64,000 bases of DNA from Balanoglossus misakiensis (Eukaryota; Animalia; Hemichordata): contig CM082595.2 in NCBI GenBank assembly GCA_040954595.2, positions 9,088,067 to 9,152,066 on the forward strand, given 5' to 3'. The notes below the pieces were generated by a model. It was not told the DNA's origin. It did no database searches and was given only the letters and a program-made list of their open reading frames with translations. Positions within the stretch are counted from its first letter, which is position 1. Each line of letters opens with the position of its first letter. Shown here in pieces: positions 45,548 through 58,600 of this stretch. Position numbers and translations under genes: made by a program.

Positions 45548-46654
45548 TTAAGCGTAGACTCGAAAATTCTTCTAATGTTTTACTTGATGCGATCTGTTCA
45601 TCAGATAGAGCGACTGACAGCATATTTTTCAAACATTGGCGAAAGCAATTGTATATCATGTAAGTTTTTTTTTGTGTGTGTCTCAGTGTCAGATTATTAT
45701 TATTGTTTTTTTTCTTCTCTACTTTGGGTATATGGACTTTTTTAAAGTCTGAAATAAAGAATTGTTATTATTTGTTAGCTGTTGCCATTCAAATGTGTCT
45801 ACGCAAACCCGGCTACACTGGCAGTGGGCTTTGACTCTAAGTCGCTAATGTTGTGGGAGGTTTCATTAGCATTGTAGTCACATGTAGTGGATAGTAGTTT
45901 GGGAAATTGCCTGAAATACGTCAGCAGACCAGTGATTTTCTTGCACGAAGGGAGTTTGGTACCAGCAATAATCAGAGATCAGGCTTCGTTGCCGTTCAAA
46001 AGTTCCTACTTCAGTCGTGATGTTGCAACTGGACGTTCAGTATGGGGGTCGGCCCGCAGGTGGCCGTGTGGGTTATCAGGTCGCCCGTAACGGCACGCAG
46101 CTACATGCAGCTGTATGGGCCCAAAATAATACACCCGATTCGGGGGTCACCTGTGACACCTGCGTAACTCAATAATTATGTGCATGCGTAATTGTGGGGT
46201 CAATGAAAGGGGTGGTAGCGTGGTATTTGTTGCACATGGATCAATATGAAGTCCAATTTTCCCGTCAAGTTGTGGGCGACCTTATGTGACCTTTCACCTA
46301 CTTTTGCTTAGTGAGCATCTACAGAAGATGCATGCAGCTTTGGCTTGGGGGGGGGGGGCATATACGGATGGGACCATAATGATATACCAAAGGCGGGGTC
46401 ACCTGTTGCACCTGCCTAAGTCATTGATTTTGTACATTTAATTGGACACTAACCAACAGGGCGATAGGTGTGGTTTTTGTTCCACAGGGACGAATGTAAG
46501 TGTCAGTTGGTTTTTGCCCAAATGTATAAGGTGATTTTGATGACCTCTGTCATACAGTGCCATATCTCATCCTGTTGTACAGGTGCAGCTTTGGTATTTG
46601 GAGGGATGAAACTATCATGAAATGCCAAATACAGGGGGATACCTTTGACACCTG

Positions 46655-49600
46655 CCATGATTTTTTTCAAAAATCGACGAAATTTTGAGTTTTTGCAAAG
46701 TCGAAAATTTCTCATTTTTTGATGATTTTCACCCGTCTTTTTTCAAAAATCGACGAAATTTTGAGATTTTGCAAAAGAGGAAAATTTGTCATTTTTTGAT
46801 GATTTTCAACAATTTTTTTAAAAAATCGACGAAAATTTGAGATTTTGCAGTAAAAAATTTGTAATTTTTTGATGATTTTCACCGATGATTTTTTTCAAAA
46901 TTGACGAAATTTTGAGATTTCGCAGTCGAAAATTTGTAATTTTTTGATGATTTTCCCCCATGATTTTTTTCAAAATCGACGAAATTTTGAGATTTTGCAA
47001 AGTCGAAAATTTGTCATTTTTTGATGATTTTCACCCATGATTTTCTTCAAAAATCGACGAAATTTTGAGATTTTGCAAAGTCGAAAATTTGTCATTTTTT
47101 GATGATTTTCACCCAATGTTTTTTTTTCAAAAATGGACGAACCCATGATTTTTTTCAAAATCGACGAAATTTTGAGATTTTGCAAAGTCGAAAATTTGTC
47201 ATTGTCATGATGATTTTCAACCATGATTTTTTTCAAAAATTGACGAAATTTTGAGATTTTGCAGTCAAAAATTTGTCATTTTTTGATGATTTTCACCCAT
47301 GATTTTTTTTCACAAATTGACGAAATTTTGAGATTTTGCAGTCGTAAATTTGTCATTTTTTAATGATTTTCCTCCATGATTTTTTTTCAAAAATCGACGA
47401 AATTTTGAGATTTTGCAAAGTCTAAAATTTGTCATTTTTTGATGATTTTCACCCATGTCTTTTTTCAAAAATCGACGAAATTTTGAGATTTTGCAAAGAG
47501 GAAAATTTGTCATTTTTTGATGATTTTCAACAATGATTTTTTTTCAAAAATCGACGAAATTTTGAGATTTTGCAGTCAAAAATTTGTCATTTTTTGATGA
47601 TTTTCAACAATTTTTTTAAAAAATCGACGAAAATTTGAGATTTTGCAGTAAAAAATTTGTCATTTTTTGATGATTTTCACCCATGATTTTTTCAAAATTG
47701 GCAAAATTTTGAGATTTTGCAAAGTCGAAAATTTGTCATTTTTTGATGATTTTCACCCATGATTTTTTTTCACAAATCGACGAAATTTTGAGATTTTGTA
47801 GTCGTTAATTTGTCATTTTTTGATGATTTTCCCCCATGATTTTTTTCAAAAATCAACGAAATTTTGAGATTTTGCAAAGTCGAAAATTTGTCATTTTTAG
47901 ATGATTTTCACCCGTCTTTTTTCAAAAAATCGACGAAATTTTGAGATTTTGCAAAGAGGAAAATTTGTCATTTTTTGATAATTTTCAACAATGATTTATT
48001 TCAAAAATCGACGAAATTTTGAGATTTTGCAGTCGAAAATTTGTCATTTTTTGATGATTTTCCCCCATGATTTTTTTCAAAAATCGACGAAATTTTGAGA
48101 TTTTGCAAAGTTGAAAATTTTTCAAAAATCGACGAAATTTATAGATTTTGCAAAGAGGAAAATTTGTCATTTTTTGATGATTTTCACCCATGATTTTTTT
48201 CAAAATTGATGAAATTTTGAGTTTTTGCAGTCGAAAATTTGTCATAAATTGATGATTTTCACCCATGATTTTTTCAAAATTGACGAAATTTTGAAATTTT
48301 GCAGTCGAAAATTTGTCATTTTTTGATCATTTTCCCCCATGATTTTTTTCAAAAATCGACGAAAATTTGAGATTTTGCAAAGTCGAAAATTTGTCATTTT
48401 TTGATGATTTTCACCCATGATTTTTTTCAAAATTGACGAAATTTTGAGATTTTGCAAAGTCAAAAATTTGTCATTTTTTGATGATTTTCAACAATTTTTT
48501 TTAAAAAATCGACGAAAATTTGAGATTTTTCAGTCAAAAATTTGTCATTTTTTGATGATTTTCTCCCATGATTTTTTTCAAAAATCAACGAAATTTTGAG
48601 ATTTTGCAAAGTTGAAAATTTTTCAAAAATCGACGAAATTTATAGATTTTGCAAAGAGGAAAATTTGTCATTTTTTGATGATTTTCACCCATGATTTTTT
48701 TCAAAATTGACGAAATTTTGAGTTTTTGCAGTCGAAAATTTGTCATTTTTTGATCATTTTCCCCATGATTTTTTTCAAAAATCGACGAAATTTTGAGATT
48801 TTGCAAAGTCGAAAATTTGTCATTTTTTGATGATTTTCACCCTTGATTTTCTTCAAAAATCGACGAAATTTTGAGATTTTGCAAAGTCGAAAATTTATCA
48901 TTTTTTGATGATTTTCACCCATGATTTTTTTCAAAAATCGATGAAATTTTGAGATTTTGCAGTAAAAAAATTGTCATTTTTTGATGATTTTCACCCATGA
49001 TTTTTTTTCACAAATCGACGAAATTTTGAGATTTTGTAGTCGTTAATTTGTCATTTTTTGATGATTTTCCCCCATGATTTTTTTCAAAAATCAACGAAAT
49101 TTTGAGATTTTGCAAAGTCGAAAATTTGTCATTTTTAGATGATTTTCACCCGTCTTTTTTCAAAAAATCGACGAAATTTTGAGATTTTGCAAAGAGGAAA
49201 ATTTGTCATTTTTTGATAATTTTCAACAATGATTTATTTCAAAAATCGACGAAATTTTGAGATTTTGCAGTCGAAAATTTGTCATTTTTTGATGATTTTC
49301 CCCCATGATTTTTTTCAAAAATCGACGAAATTTTGAGATTTTGCAAAGTTGAAAATTTTTCAAAAATCGACGAAATTTATAGATTTTGCAAAGAGGAAAA
49401 TTTGTCATTTTTTGATGATTTTCACCCATGATTTTTTTCAAAATTGATGAAATTTTGAGTTTTTGCAGTCGAAAATTTGTCATAAATTGATGATTTTCAC
49501 CCATGATTTTTTCAAAATTGACGAAATTTTGAAATTTTGCAGTCGAAAATTTGTCATTTTTTGATCATTTTCCCCCATGATTTTTTTCAAAAATCGACGA

Positions 49601-52600
49601 AAATTTGAGATTTTGCAAAGTCGAAAATTTGTCATTTTTTGATGATTTTCACCCATGATTTTTTTCAAAATTGACGAAATTTTGAGATTTTGCAAAGTCA
49701 AAAATTTGTCATTTTTTGATGATTTTCAACAATTTTTTTTAAAAAATCGACGAAAATTTGAGATTTTTCAGTCAAAAATTTGTCATTTTTTGATGATTTT
49801 CTCCCATGATTTTTTTCAAAAATCAACGAAATTTTGAGATTTTGCAAAGTTGAAAATTTTTCAAAAATCGACGAAATTTATAGATTTTGCAAAGAGGAAA
49901 ATTTGTCATTTTTTGATGATTTTCACCCATGATTTTTTTCAAAATTGACGAAATTTTGAGTTTTTGCAGTCGAAAATTTGTCATTTTTTGATCATTTTCC
50001 CCATGATTTTTTTCAAAAATCGACGAAATTTTGAGATTTTGCAAAGTCGAAAATTTGTCATTTTTTGATGATTTTCACCCTTGATTTTCTTCAAAAATCG
50101 ACGAAATTTTGAGATTTTGCAAAGTCGAAAATTTATCATTTTTTGATGATTTTCACCCATGATTTTTTTCAAAAATCGATGAAATTTTGAGATTTTGCAG
50201 TAAAAAAATTGTCATTTTTTGATGATTTTCACCCATGATTTTTTTCAAAATTGACGAAATTTTGAGATGTTGCAGTCGAAAATTTGTCATTTTTTGATCA
50301 TTTTCCCCCATGATTTTTTTCAAAAATCGACGAAATTTTCAGATTTTGCAAAGTCGAAAATTTGTCATTTTTTGATGATTTTCACCCATGATTTTCTTCA
50401 AAAATCGACGAAATTTTGAGATTTTGCAAAGTCGAAAATTTGTCATTTTTTGATGATTTTCACCCATGATTTTTTTCAAAAATCGACGAAATTTTGAGAT
50501 TTTGCAAAGTCGAAAATTTGTCATTTTTTGATGGTTTTCACCCATGATTTTTTTTCAAAAATCGACGAAATTTTGAGATTTTGCAAAGTCGAAAATGTGT
50601 CATTTTTTGACGATATTCACCCGTTTTTTTTTCAAAATTTGTCATTTTTTCATGATTTTCACCCATGATTTTTTTCAAAAATCGACGAAATTTTGAGATT
50701 TTGCAAACTCGAAAATTTGTCATTTTTTGATGATTTTCACCCATGATTTTTTTCAAAAATCGACGAAATTTTGAGATTTTGCAAAGTCGAAAATGTGTCA
50801 TTTTTTGATGATTTTCACCCATGTTTTTTTTTTAAAATCGACGAACCTATGATTTTTTTCAAAATCGACGAAATTTTGTGATTTTGCAAAGTCGAAAATT
50901 TTGTCATTTTTTGATGATTTTCAACCATGATTTTTTTTCAAAAATCGACGAAATTTTGAGATTTTGCAAAATCGAAAATTTGTCATTTTTTGATGATTTT
51001 CACCCATGATTTTTTTCAAAAATCGACGAAATTTTGAGATTTTGCAAAGTCGTAAATGTGTCATTTTTTGATGATTTTCACCCGGTTTTTTTTCAAAAAT
51101 CGACGAAATTTTGAGATTTTGCAAAGTCGTAAATGTGTCATTTTTTGATGATTTTCACCCGGTTTTTTTTCAAAATTTGTCATTTTTTGATGATTTTCAC
51201 CCATGATTTTTTTTCAAAAATCGACGAAATTTTGAGATTTTGCAAAGTCGAAAATGTGTCATTTTTTGACGATTTTCACCCGTTTTTTTTTCAAAATTTG
51301 TCATTTTTTCATGATTTTCACCCATGATTTTTTTCAAAAATCGACGAAATTTTGAGATTTTGCAAAGTCGAAAATTTGTCATTTTTTCATGATTTTCACC
51401 CATGATTTTTTCAAAAATCGACGAAATTTTGAGATTTTGCAGTCGAAAATTTGTAATTTTTTGATGATTTTCCCCCATGATTTTTTTCAAAAATCGACGA
51501 AATTTTGAGATTTTGCAAAGTCGAAAATTTGTCATTTTTTGATGATTTTCACCCATGATTTTCTTCAAAAATCGACGAAATTTTGAGATTTTGCAAAGTC
51601 GAAAATTTGTCATTTTTTGATGATTTTCACCCATGATTTTTTCAAAAATCGACGAAATTTTGAGATTTTGCAAAGTCGAAAATTTGTCATTTTTTTGATG
51701 ATTTTCACCCATGATTTTTTTCAAAAATCGACGAAATTTTGAGATTTTGCAGTCGAAAATTTGTCATTTTTTGATGATTTTCCCCCATGATTTTTTTCAA
51801 AAATCGACGAAATTTTGAGATTTTGCAAAGTTGAAAATTTTTCAAAAATCGACGAAATTTATAGATTTTGCAAAGAGGAAAATTTGTCATTTTTTGATGA
51901 TTTTCACCCATGATTTTTTTCAAAATTGATGAAATTTTGAGTTTTTGCAGTCGAAAATTTGTCATAAATTGATGATTTTCACCCATGATTTTTTCAAAAT
52001 TGACGAAATTTTGAAATTTTGCAGTCGAAAATTTGTCATTTTTTGATCATTTTCCCCCATGATTTTTTTCAAAAATCGACGAAAATTTGAGATTTTGCAA
52101 AGTCGAAAATTTGTCATTTTTTGATAATTTTCACCCATGATTTTTTTCAAAATTGACGAAATTTTGAGATTTTGCAAAGTCAAAAATTTGTCATTTTTTG
52201 ATGATTTTCAACAATTTTTTTTAAAAAATCGACGAAAATTTGAGATTTTTCAGTCAAAAATTTGTCATTTTTTGATGATTTTCTCCCATGATTTTTTTCA
52301 AAAATCAACGAAATTTTGAGATTTTGCAAAGTTGAAAATTTTTAAAAAAATCGACGAAATTTATAGATTTTGCAAAGAGGAAAATTTGTCATTTTTTGAT
52401 GATTTTCACCCATGATTTTTTTCAAAATTGACGAAATTTTGAGTTTTTGCAGTCGAAAATTTGTCATTTTTTGATCATTTTCCCCATGATTTTTTTCAAA
52501 AATCGACGAAATTTTGAGATTTTGCAAAGTCGAAAATTTGTCATTTTTTGATGATTTTCACCCTTGATTTTCTTCAAAAATCGACGAAATTTTGAGATTT

Positions 52601-55600
52601 TGCAAAGTCGAAAATTTATCATTTTTTGATGATTTTCACCCATGATTTTTTTCAAAAATCGATGAAATTTTGAGATTTTGCAGTAAAAAAATTGTCATTT
52701 TTTGATGATTTTCACCCATGATTTTTTTCAAAATTGACGAAATTTTGAGATTTTGCAGTCGAAAATTTGTCATTTTTTGATCATTTTCCCCCATGATTTT
52801 TTTCAAAAATCGACGAAATTTTCAGATTTTGCAAAGTCGAAAATTTGTCATTTTTTCATGATTTTCACCCATGATTTTTTCAAAAATCGACGAAATTTTG
52901 AGATTTTGCAGTCGAAAATTTGTCATTTTTTGATAATTTTCACCCATGATTTTTTTCAAAATTGACGAAATTTTGAGATTTTGCAAAGTCAAAAATTTGT
53001 CATTTTTTGATGATATTCACCCATGTTTTTTTTTAAAAAATCGACGAACCTATGATTTTTTTCAAAATCGACGAAATTTTGAGTTTTTGCAAAGTCGAAA
53101 AATTTGACATTTTTTGATGATTTTCACCCATGATTTTTTTCAAAAATTGACGAAATTGTGAGATTTTGCAAAGTAAAAAATTTGTCATTTTTTGATGATT
53201 TTCACCCAGGTTTTTTTTTTAAAAATCGACGAACCTATGATTTTTTTCAAAATCGACGAAATTATGAGATTTTGCAAAGTCGAAAATTTTGTCATTTTTT
53301 GATGATTTTCACCCATGATTTTTTCAAAAATTGACGAAATTTTGAGATTTTGCAAAGTCGAAAATTTGTCATTTTTTGATGATTTTCATCCATTATTTTT
53401 TTCAAAAATCGACGAAATGTTGAGATTTTGCAAAGTCGAAAATTTGTCATTTTTTGATGATTTTCTCCCATGATTTTTTTCAAAAATCGACGAAATTGTG
53501 AGATTTTGCAAAGTCGAAAATTTGTCATTTTTTGATGATTTTCACCCATGTTTTTTTTTTAAAAATCGACGAACCTATGATTTTTTTCGAAATCGACGAA
53601 ATTTTGTGATTTTACAAAGTCGAAAATTTTGTCATTTTTTGATGATTTTCACCCATGATTTTTTTTCAAAAATCGACGAAATTATGAGATTTTGCAAAGT
53701 TGAAAATTTTGTCATTTTTTGATGATTTTCACCCATGATTTTTTTTCAAAAATGGACGAAATTTTGAGCTTTTGCAAAGTCGAAAATTTGTCATTTTTTG
53801 ATAATTTTCACCTATGATTTTTTTCAAAAAAAGACAAAATTTTGAGATTTTGCGAAGTCGAAAATTTTTCATTTTTTGATGATTTTCATACATGATTTTT
53901 TTTTTAAAATCGACGAAATTTTGAGATTTTGCAAAGTCGAAAATTTGTCATTTTTTGATGATTTTCACCAATGTTGTTTTTAAAAAATCGACGAACCCAT
54001 GATTTTTTTCAAAATCGACGAAATTTTGAGATTTTGCAAAGTCGAAAATTTTTCATTTTTTGATGATTTTCGCCCATGATTTTTTTTCAAAAATCGACGA
54101 AAATTTGAGATTTTGCAAAGACGAAAATTTGTCGTTTTTGATGATTTTCACCCGTTTTTTTCAAAATTTGTCATTTTTTGATGATTTTCACCCATGATTT
54201 TTTCAAAAATTGACGAAATTTTGAGATTTTGCAAAGTCGAAAATGTGTCATTTTTTGATGATTTCCGCCCGTTTTTTTCAAAATTTGTCATTTTTGGATG
54301 ATTTTCACCCATGATTTTTTCAAAAATTGACGAAATTTTGAGATTTTGCAAAGTCAAAAATTTGTCTTTTTTGATGATTTTCACCAATGTTGTTTTTAAA
54401 AAATCGACGAACCTATGATTTTTTTCAAAAATCGACGAAATTTTGAGATTTTGCAAAGTCGAAAATTTGTCATTTTTTGATGATTTTCACCCATGATTTT
54501 CTTCAAAAATCGACGAAATTTTGAGATTTTGCAAAGTCGAAAATTTGTCATTTTTTGATGATTTTCACCCATGATTTTTTCAAAAATCGACGAAATTGTG
54601 AGATTTTGCAAAGTCGAAAATTTGTCATTTTTTTGATGATTTTCACCCATGATTTTTTTCAAAAATCGACGAAATTTTGAGATTTTGCAGTCGAAAATTT
54701 GTCATTTTTTGATGATTTTCCCCCATGATTTTTTTCAAAAATCGACGAAATTTTGAGATTTTGCAAAGTTGAAAATTTTTCAAAAATCGACGAAATTTAT
54801 AGATTTTGCAAAGAGGAAAATTTGTCATTTTTTGATGATTTTCACCCATGATTTTTTTCAAAATTGATGAAATTTTGAGTTTTTGCAGTCGAAAATTTGT
54901 CATAAATTGATGATTTTCACCCATGATTTTTTCAAAATTGACGAAATTTTGAAATTTTGCAGTCGAAAATTTGTCATTTTTTGATCATTTTCCCCCATGA
55001 TTTTTTTCAAAAATCGACGAAAATTTGAGATTTTGCAAAGTCGAAAATTTGTCATTTTTTGATAATTTTCACCCATGATTTTTTTCAAAATTGACGAAAT
55101 TTTGAGATTTTGCAAAGTCAAAAATTTGTCATTTTTTGATGATTTTCAACAATTTTTTTTAAAAAATCGACGAAAATTTGAGATTTTTCAGTCAAAAATT
55201 TGTCATTTTTTGATGATTTTCTCCCATGATTTTTTTCAAAAATCAACGAAATTTTGAGATTTTGCAAAGTTGAAAATTTTTAAAAAAATCGACGAAATTT
55301 ATAGATTTTGCAAAGAGGAAAATTTGTCATTTTTTGATGATTTTCACCCATGATTTTTTTCAAAATTGACGAAATTTTGAGTTTTTGCAGTCGAAAATTT
55401 GTCATTTTTTGATCATTTTCCCCATGATTTTTTTCAAAAATCGACGAAATTTTGAGATTTTGCAAAGTCGAAAATTTGTCATTTTTTGATGATTTTCCCC
55501 ATGATTTTTTTCAAAAATCGACGAAATTTTGAGATTTTGCAAAGTCGAAAATTTGTCATTTTTTGATGATTTTCACCCATGATTTTTTTCAAAAATCGAT

Positions 55601-58600
55601 GAAATTTTGAGATTTTGCAGTAAAAAAATTGTCATTTTTTGATGATTTTCACCCATGATTTTTTTCAAAATTGACGAAATTTTGAGATTTTGCAGTCGAA
55701 AATTTGTCATTTTTTGATCATTTTCCCCCATGATTTTTTTCAAAAATCGACGAAATTTTCAGATTTTGCAAAGTCGAAAATTTGTCATTTTTTCATGATT
55801 TTCACCCATGATTTTTTCAAAAATCGACGAAATTTTGAGATTTTGCAGTCGAAAATTTGTCATTTTTTGATAATTTTCACCCATGATTTTTTTCAAAATT
55901 GACGAAATTTTGAGATTTTGCAAAGTCAAAAATTTGTCATTTTTTGATGATATTCACCCATGTTTTTTTTTAAAAAATCGACGAACCTATGATTTTTTTC
56001 AAAATCGACGAAATTTTGAGTTTTTGCAAAGTCGAAAAATTTGACATTTTTTGATGATTTTCACCCATGATTTTTTTCAAAAATTGACGAAATTGTGAGA
56101 TTTTGCAAAGTAAAAAATTTGTCATTTTTTGATGATTTTCACCCAGGTTTTTTTTTTAAAAATCGACGAACCTATGATTTTTTTCAAAATCGACGAAATT
56201 ATGAGATTTTGCAAAGTCGAAAATTTTGTCATTTTTTGATGATTTTCACCCATGATTTTTTCAAAAATTGACGAAATTTTGAGATTTTGCAAAGTCGAAA
56301 ATTTGTCATTTTTTGATGATTTTCATCCATTATTTTTTTCAAAAATCGACGAAATGTTGAGATTTTGCAAAGTCGAAAATTTGTCATTTTTTGATGATTT
56401 TCTCCCATGATTTTTTTCAAAAATCGACGAAATTGTGAGATTTTGCAAAGTCGAAAATTTGTCATTTTTTGATGATTTTCACCCATGTTTTTTTTTTAAA
56501 AATCGACGAACCTATGATTTTTTTCGAAATCGACGAAATTTTGTGATTTTACAAAGTCGAAAATTTTGTCATTTTTTGATGATTTTCACCCATGATTTTT
56601 TTTCAAAAATCGACGAAATTATGAGATTTTGCAAAGTTGAAAATTTTGTCATTTTTTGATGATTTTCACCCATGATTTTTTTTCAAAAATGGACGAAATT
56701 TTGAGCTTTTGCAAAGTCGAAAATTTGTCATTTTTTGATAATTTTCACCTATGATTTTTTTCAAAAAAAGACAAAATTTTGAGATTTTGCGAAGTCGAAA
56801 ATTTTTCATTTTTTGATGATTTTCATACATGATTTTTTTTTTAAAATCGACGAAATTTTGAGATTTTGCAAAGTCGAAAATTTGTCATTTTTTGATGATT
56901 TTCACCAATGTTGTTTTTAAAAAATCGACGAACCCATGATTTTTTTCAAAATCGACGAAATTTTGAGATTTTGCAAAGTCGAAAATTTTTCATTTTTTAT
57001 GATTTTCGCCCATGATTTTTTTTCAAAAATCGACGAAAATTTGAGATTTTGCAAAGACGAAAATTTGTCGTTTTTGATGATTTTCACCCGTTTTTTTCAA
57101 AATTTGTCATTTTTTGATGATTTTCACCCATGATTTTTTCAAAAATTGACGAAATTTTGAGATTTTGCAAAGTCGAAAATGTGTCATTTTTTGATGATTT
57201 CCGCCCGTTTTTTTCAAAATTTGTCATTTTTGGATGATTTTCACCCATGATTTTTTCAAAAATTGACGAAATTTTGAGATTTTGCAAAGTCAAAAATTTG
57301 TCTTTTTTGATGATTTTCACCAATGTTGTTTTTAAAAAATCGACGAACCTATGATTTTTTCAAAATCGACGAAATTTTGAGATTTTGCAAAGTCGAAAAT
57401 TTTTGTCATTTTTTGATGATTTTCACCCATGATTTTTTCAAAAATGGACGAAATTTTGAGATTTTGCAAAGTCGAAAATGTGTCATTTTTTGATGATTTT
57501 CACCCATGATTTTTTCAAAAATTGACGAAATTTTGAGATTTTGCAAAGTCGAAAATATGTCATTTTTTGATTATTTTCAACCATTATTTTTTTCAAAAAT
57601 CGACGAAATTGTGAGATTTTGCGAAGTCAAAAATTTGTAATTTTTTGATGATTTTCACCAATGTTGTTTTTAAAAAATCGACGAACCCATGATTTTTTCA
57701 AAAATTGACGAAATTTTGAGATTTTGCAAAGTCGAAAATTTGTCATTTTTTGATGATTTTCAACCATGATTTTTTTCAAAAATCGACGAAATTGTGAGAT
57801 TTTGCAAAGTCAAAAATTTGTCAGTTTTTGATGATATTCACCAATGTTGTTTTTAAAAAATCGACGAACCCATGATTTTTTTCAAAATCGACGAAATTTT
57901 GAGATTTTGCAAAGTCGAAAATTTGTCATTTTTTGATGATTTTCAACCATTATTTTTTCAAAAATCAACGAAATTTTGAGATTTTGCAGTCAAAAATTTG
58001 TCATTTTTTGATGATTTTCACCCATGATTTTTTTCAAAAATCGACGAAATTTTGTGATTTTTCAAAGTCGAAAATTTTGTCATTTTTTGATGATTTTCAA
58101 CCATGATTTTTTTTCAAAAATCGACGAAATTTTGTGATTTTACAAAGTCGAAAATTTTGTCATTTTTTGATGATTTTCACCCTTGATTTTCTTCAAAAAT
58201 CGACGAAATTTTGAGATTTTGCAAAGTCGAAAATTTATCATTTTTTGATGATTTTCACCCATGATTTTTTTCAAAAATCGATGAAATTTTGAGATTTTGC
58301 AGTAAAAAAATTGTCATTTTTTGATGATTTTCACCCATGATTTTTTCAAAATTGACGAAATTTTGAGATTTTGCAGTCGAAAATTTGTCATTTTTTGATC
58401 ATTTTCCCCCATGATTTTTTTCAAAAATCGACGAAATTTTCAGATTTTGCAAAGTCGAAAATTTGTCATTTTTTCATGATTTTCACCCATGATTTTTTCA
58501 AAAATCGACGAAATTTTGAGATTTTGCAGTCGAAAATTTGTAATTTTTTGATGATTTTCCCCCATGATTTTTTTCAAAAATCGACGAAATTTTGAGATTT

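Larger units (their letters stand above)
38400..45770 (+). pseudogene. Decayed, 5'-truncated non-LTR retrotransposon ORF2 (end of APE, RT, C-terminal domain; possibly Proto2/RTE-X-like), split by two insertions
   Basis: SDHIPV ~38443, PGWNDFVK, NYRPIAL, QFGFK, FLDASKAFDRV, GVRQGG, GYADD ~44193, stop at 45661-45663, AATAAA ~45752; internal stops near 38842, 38896 and 39710 plus frameshifts. Clade assignment is uncertain. Confidence 0.88.
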
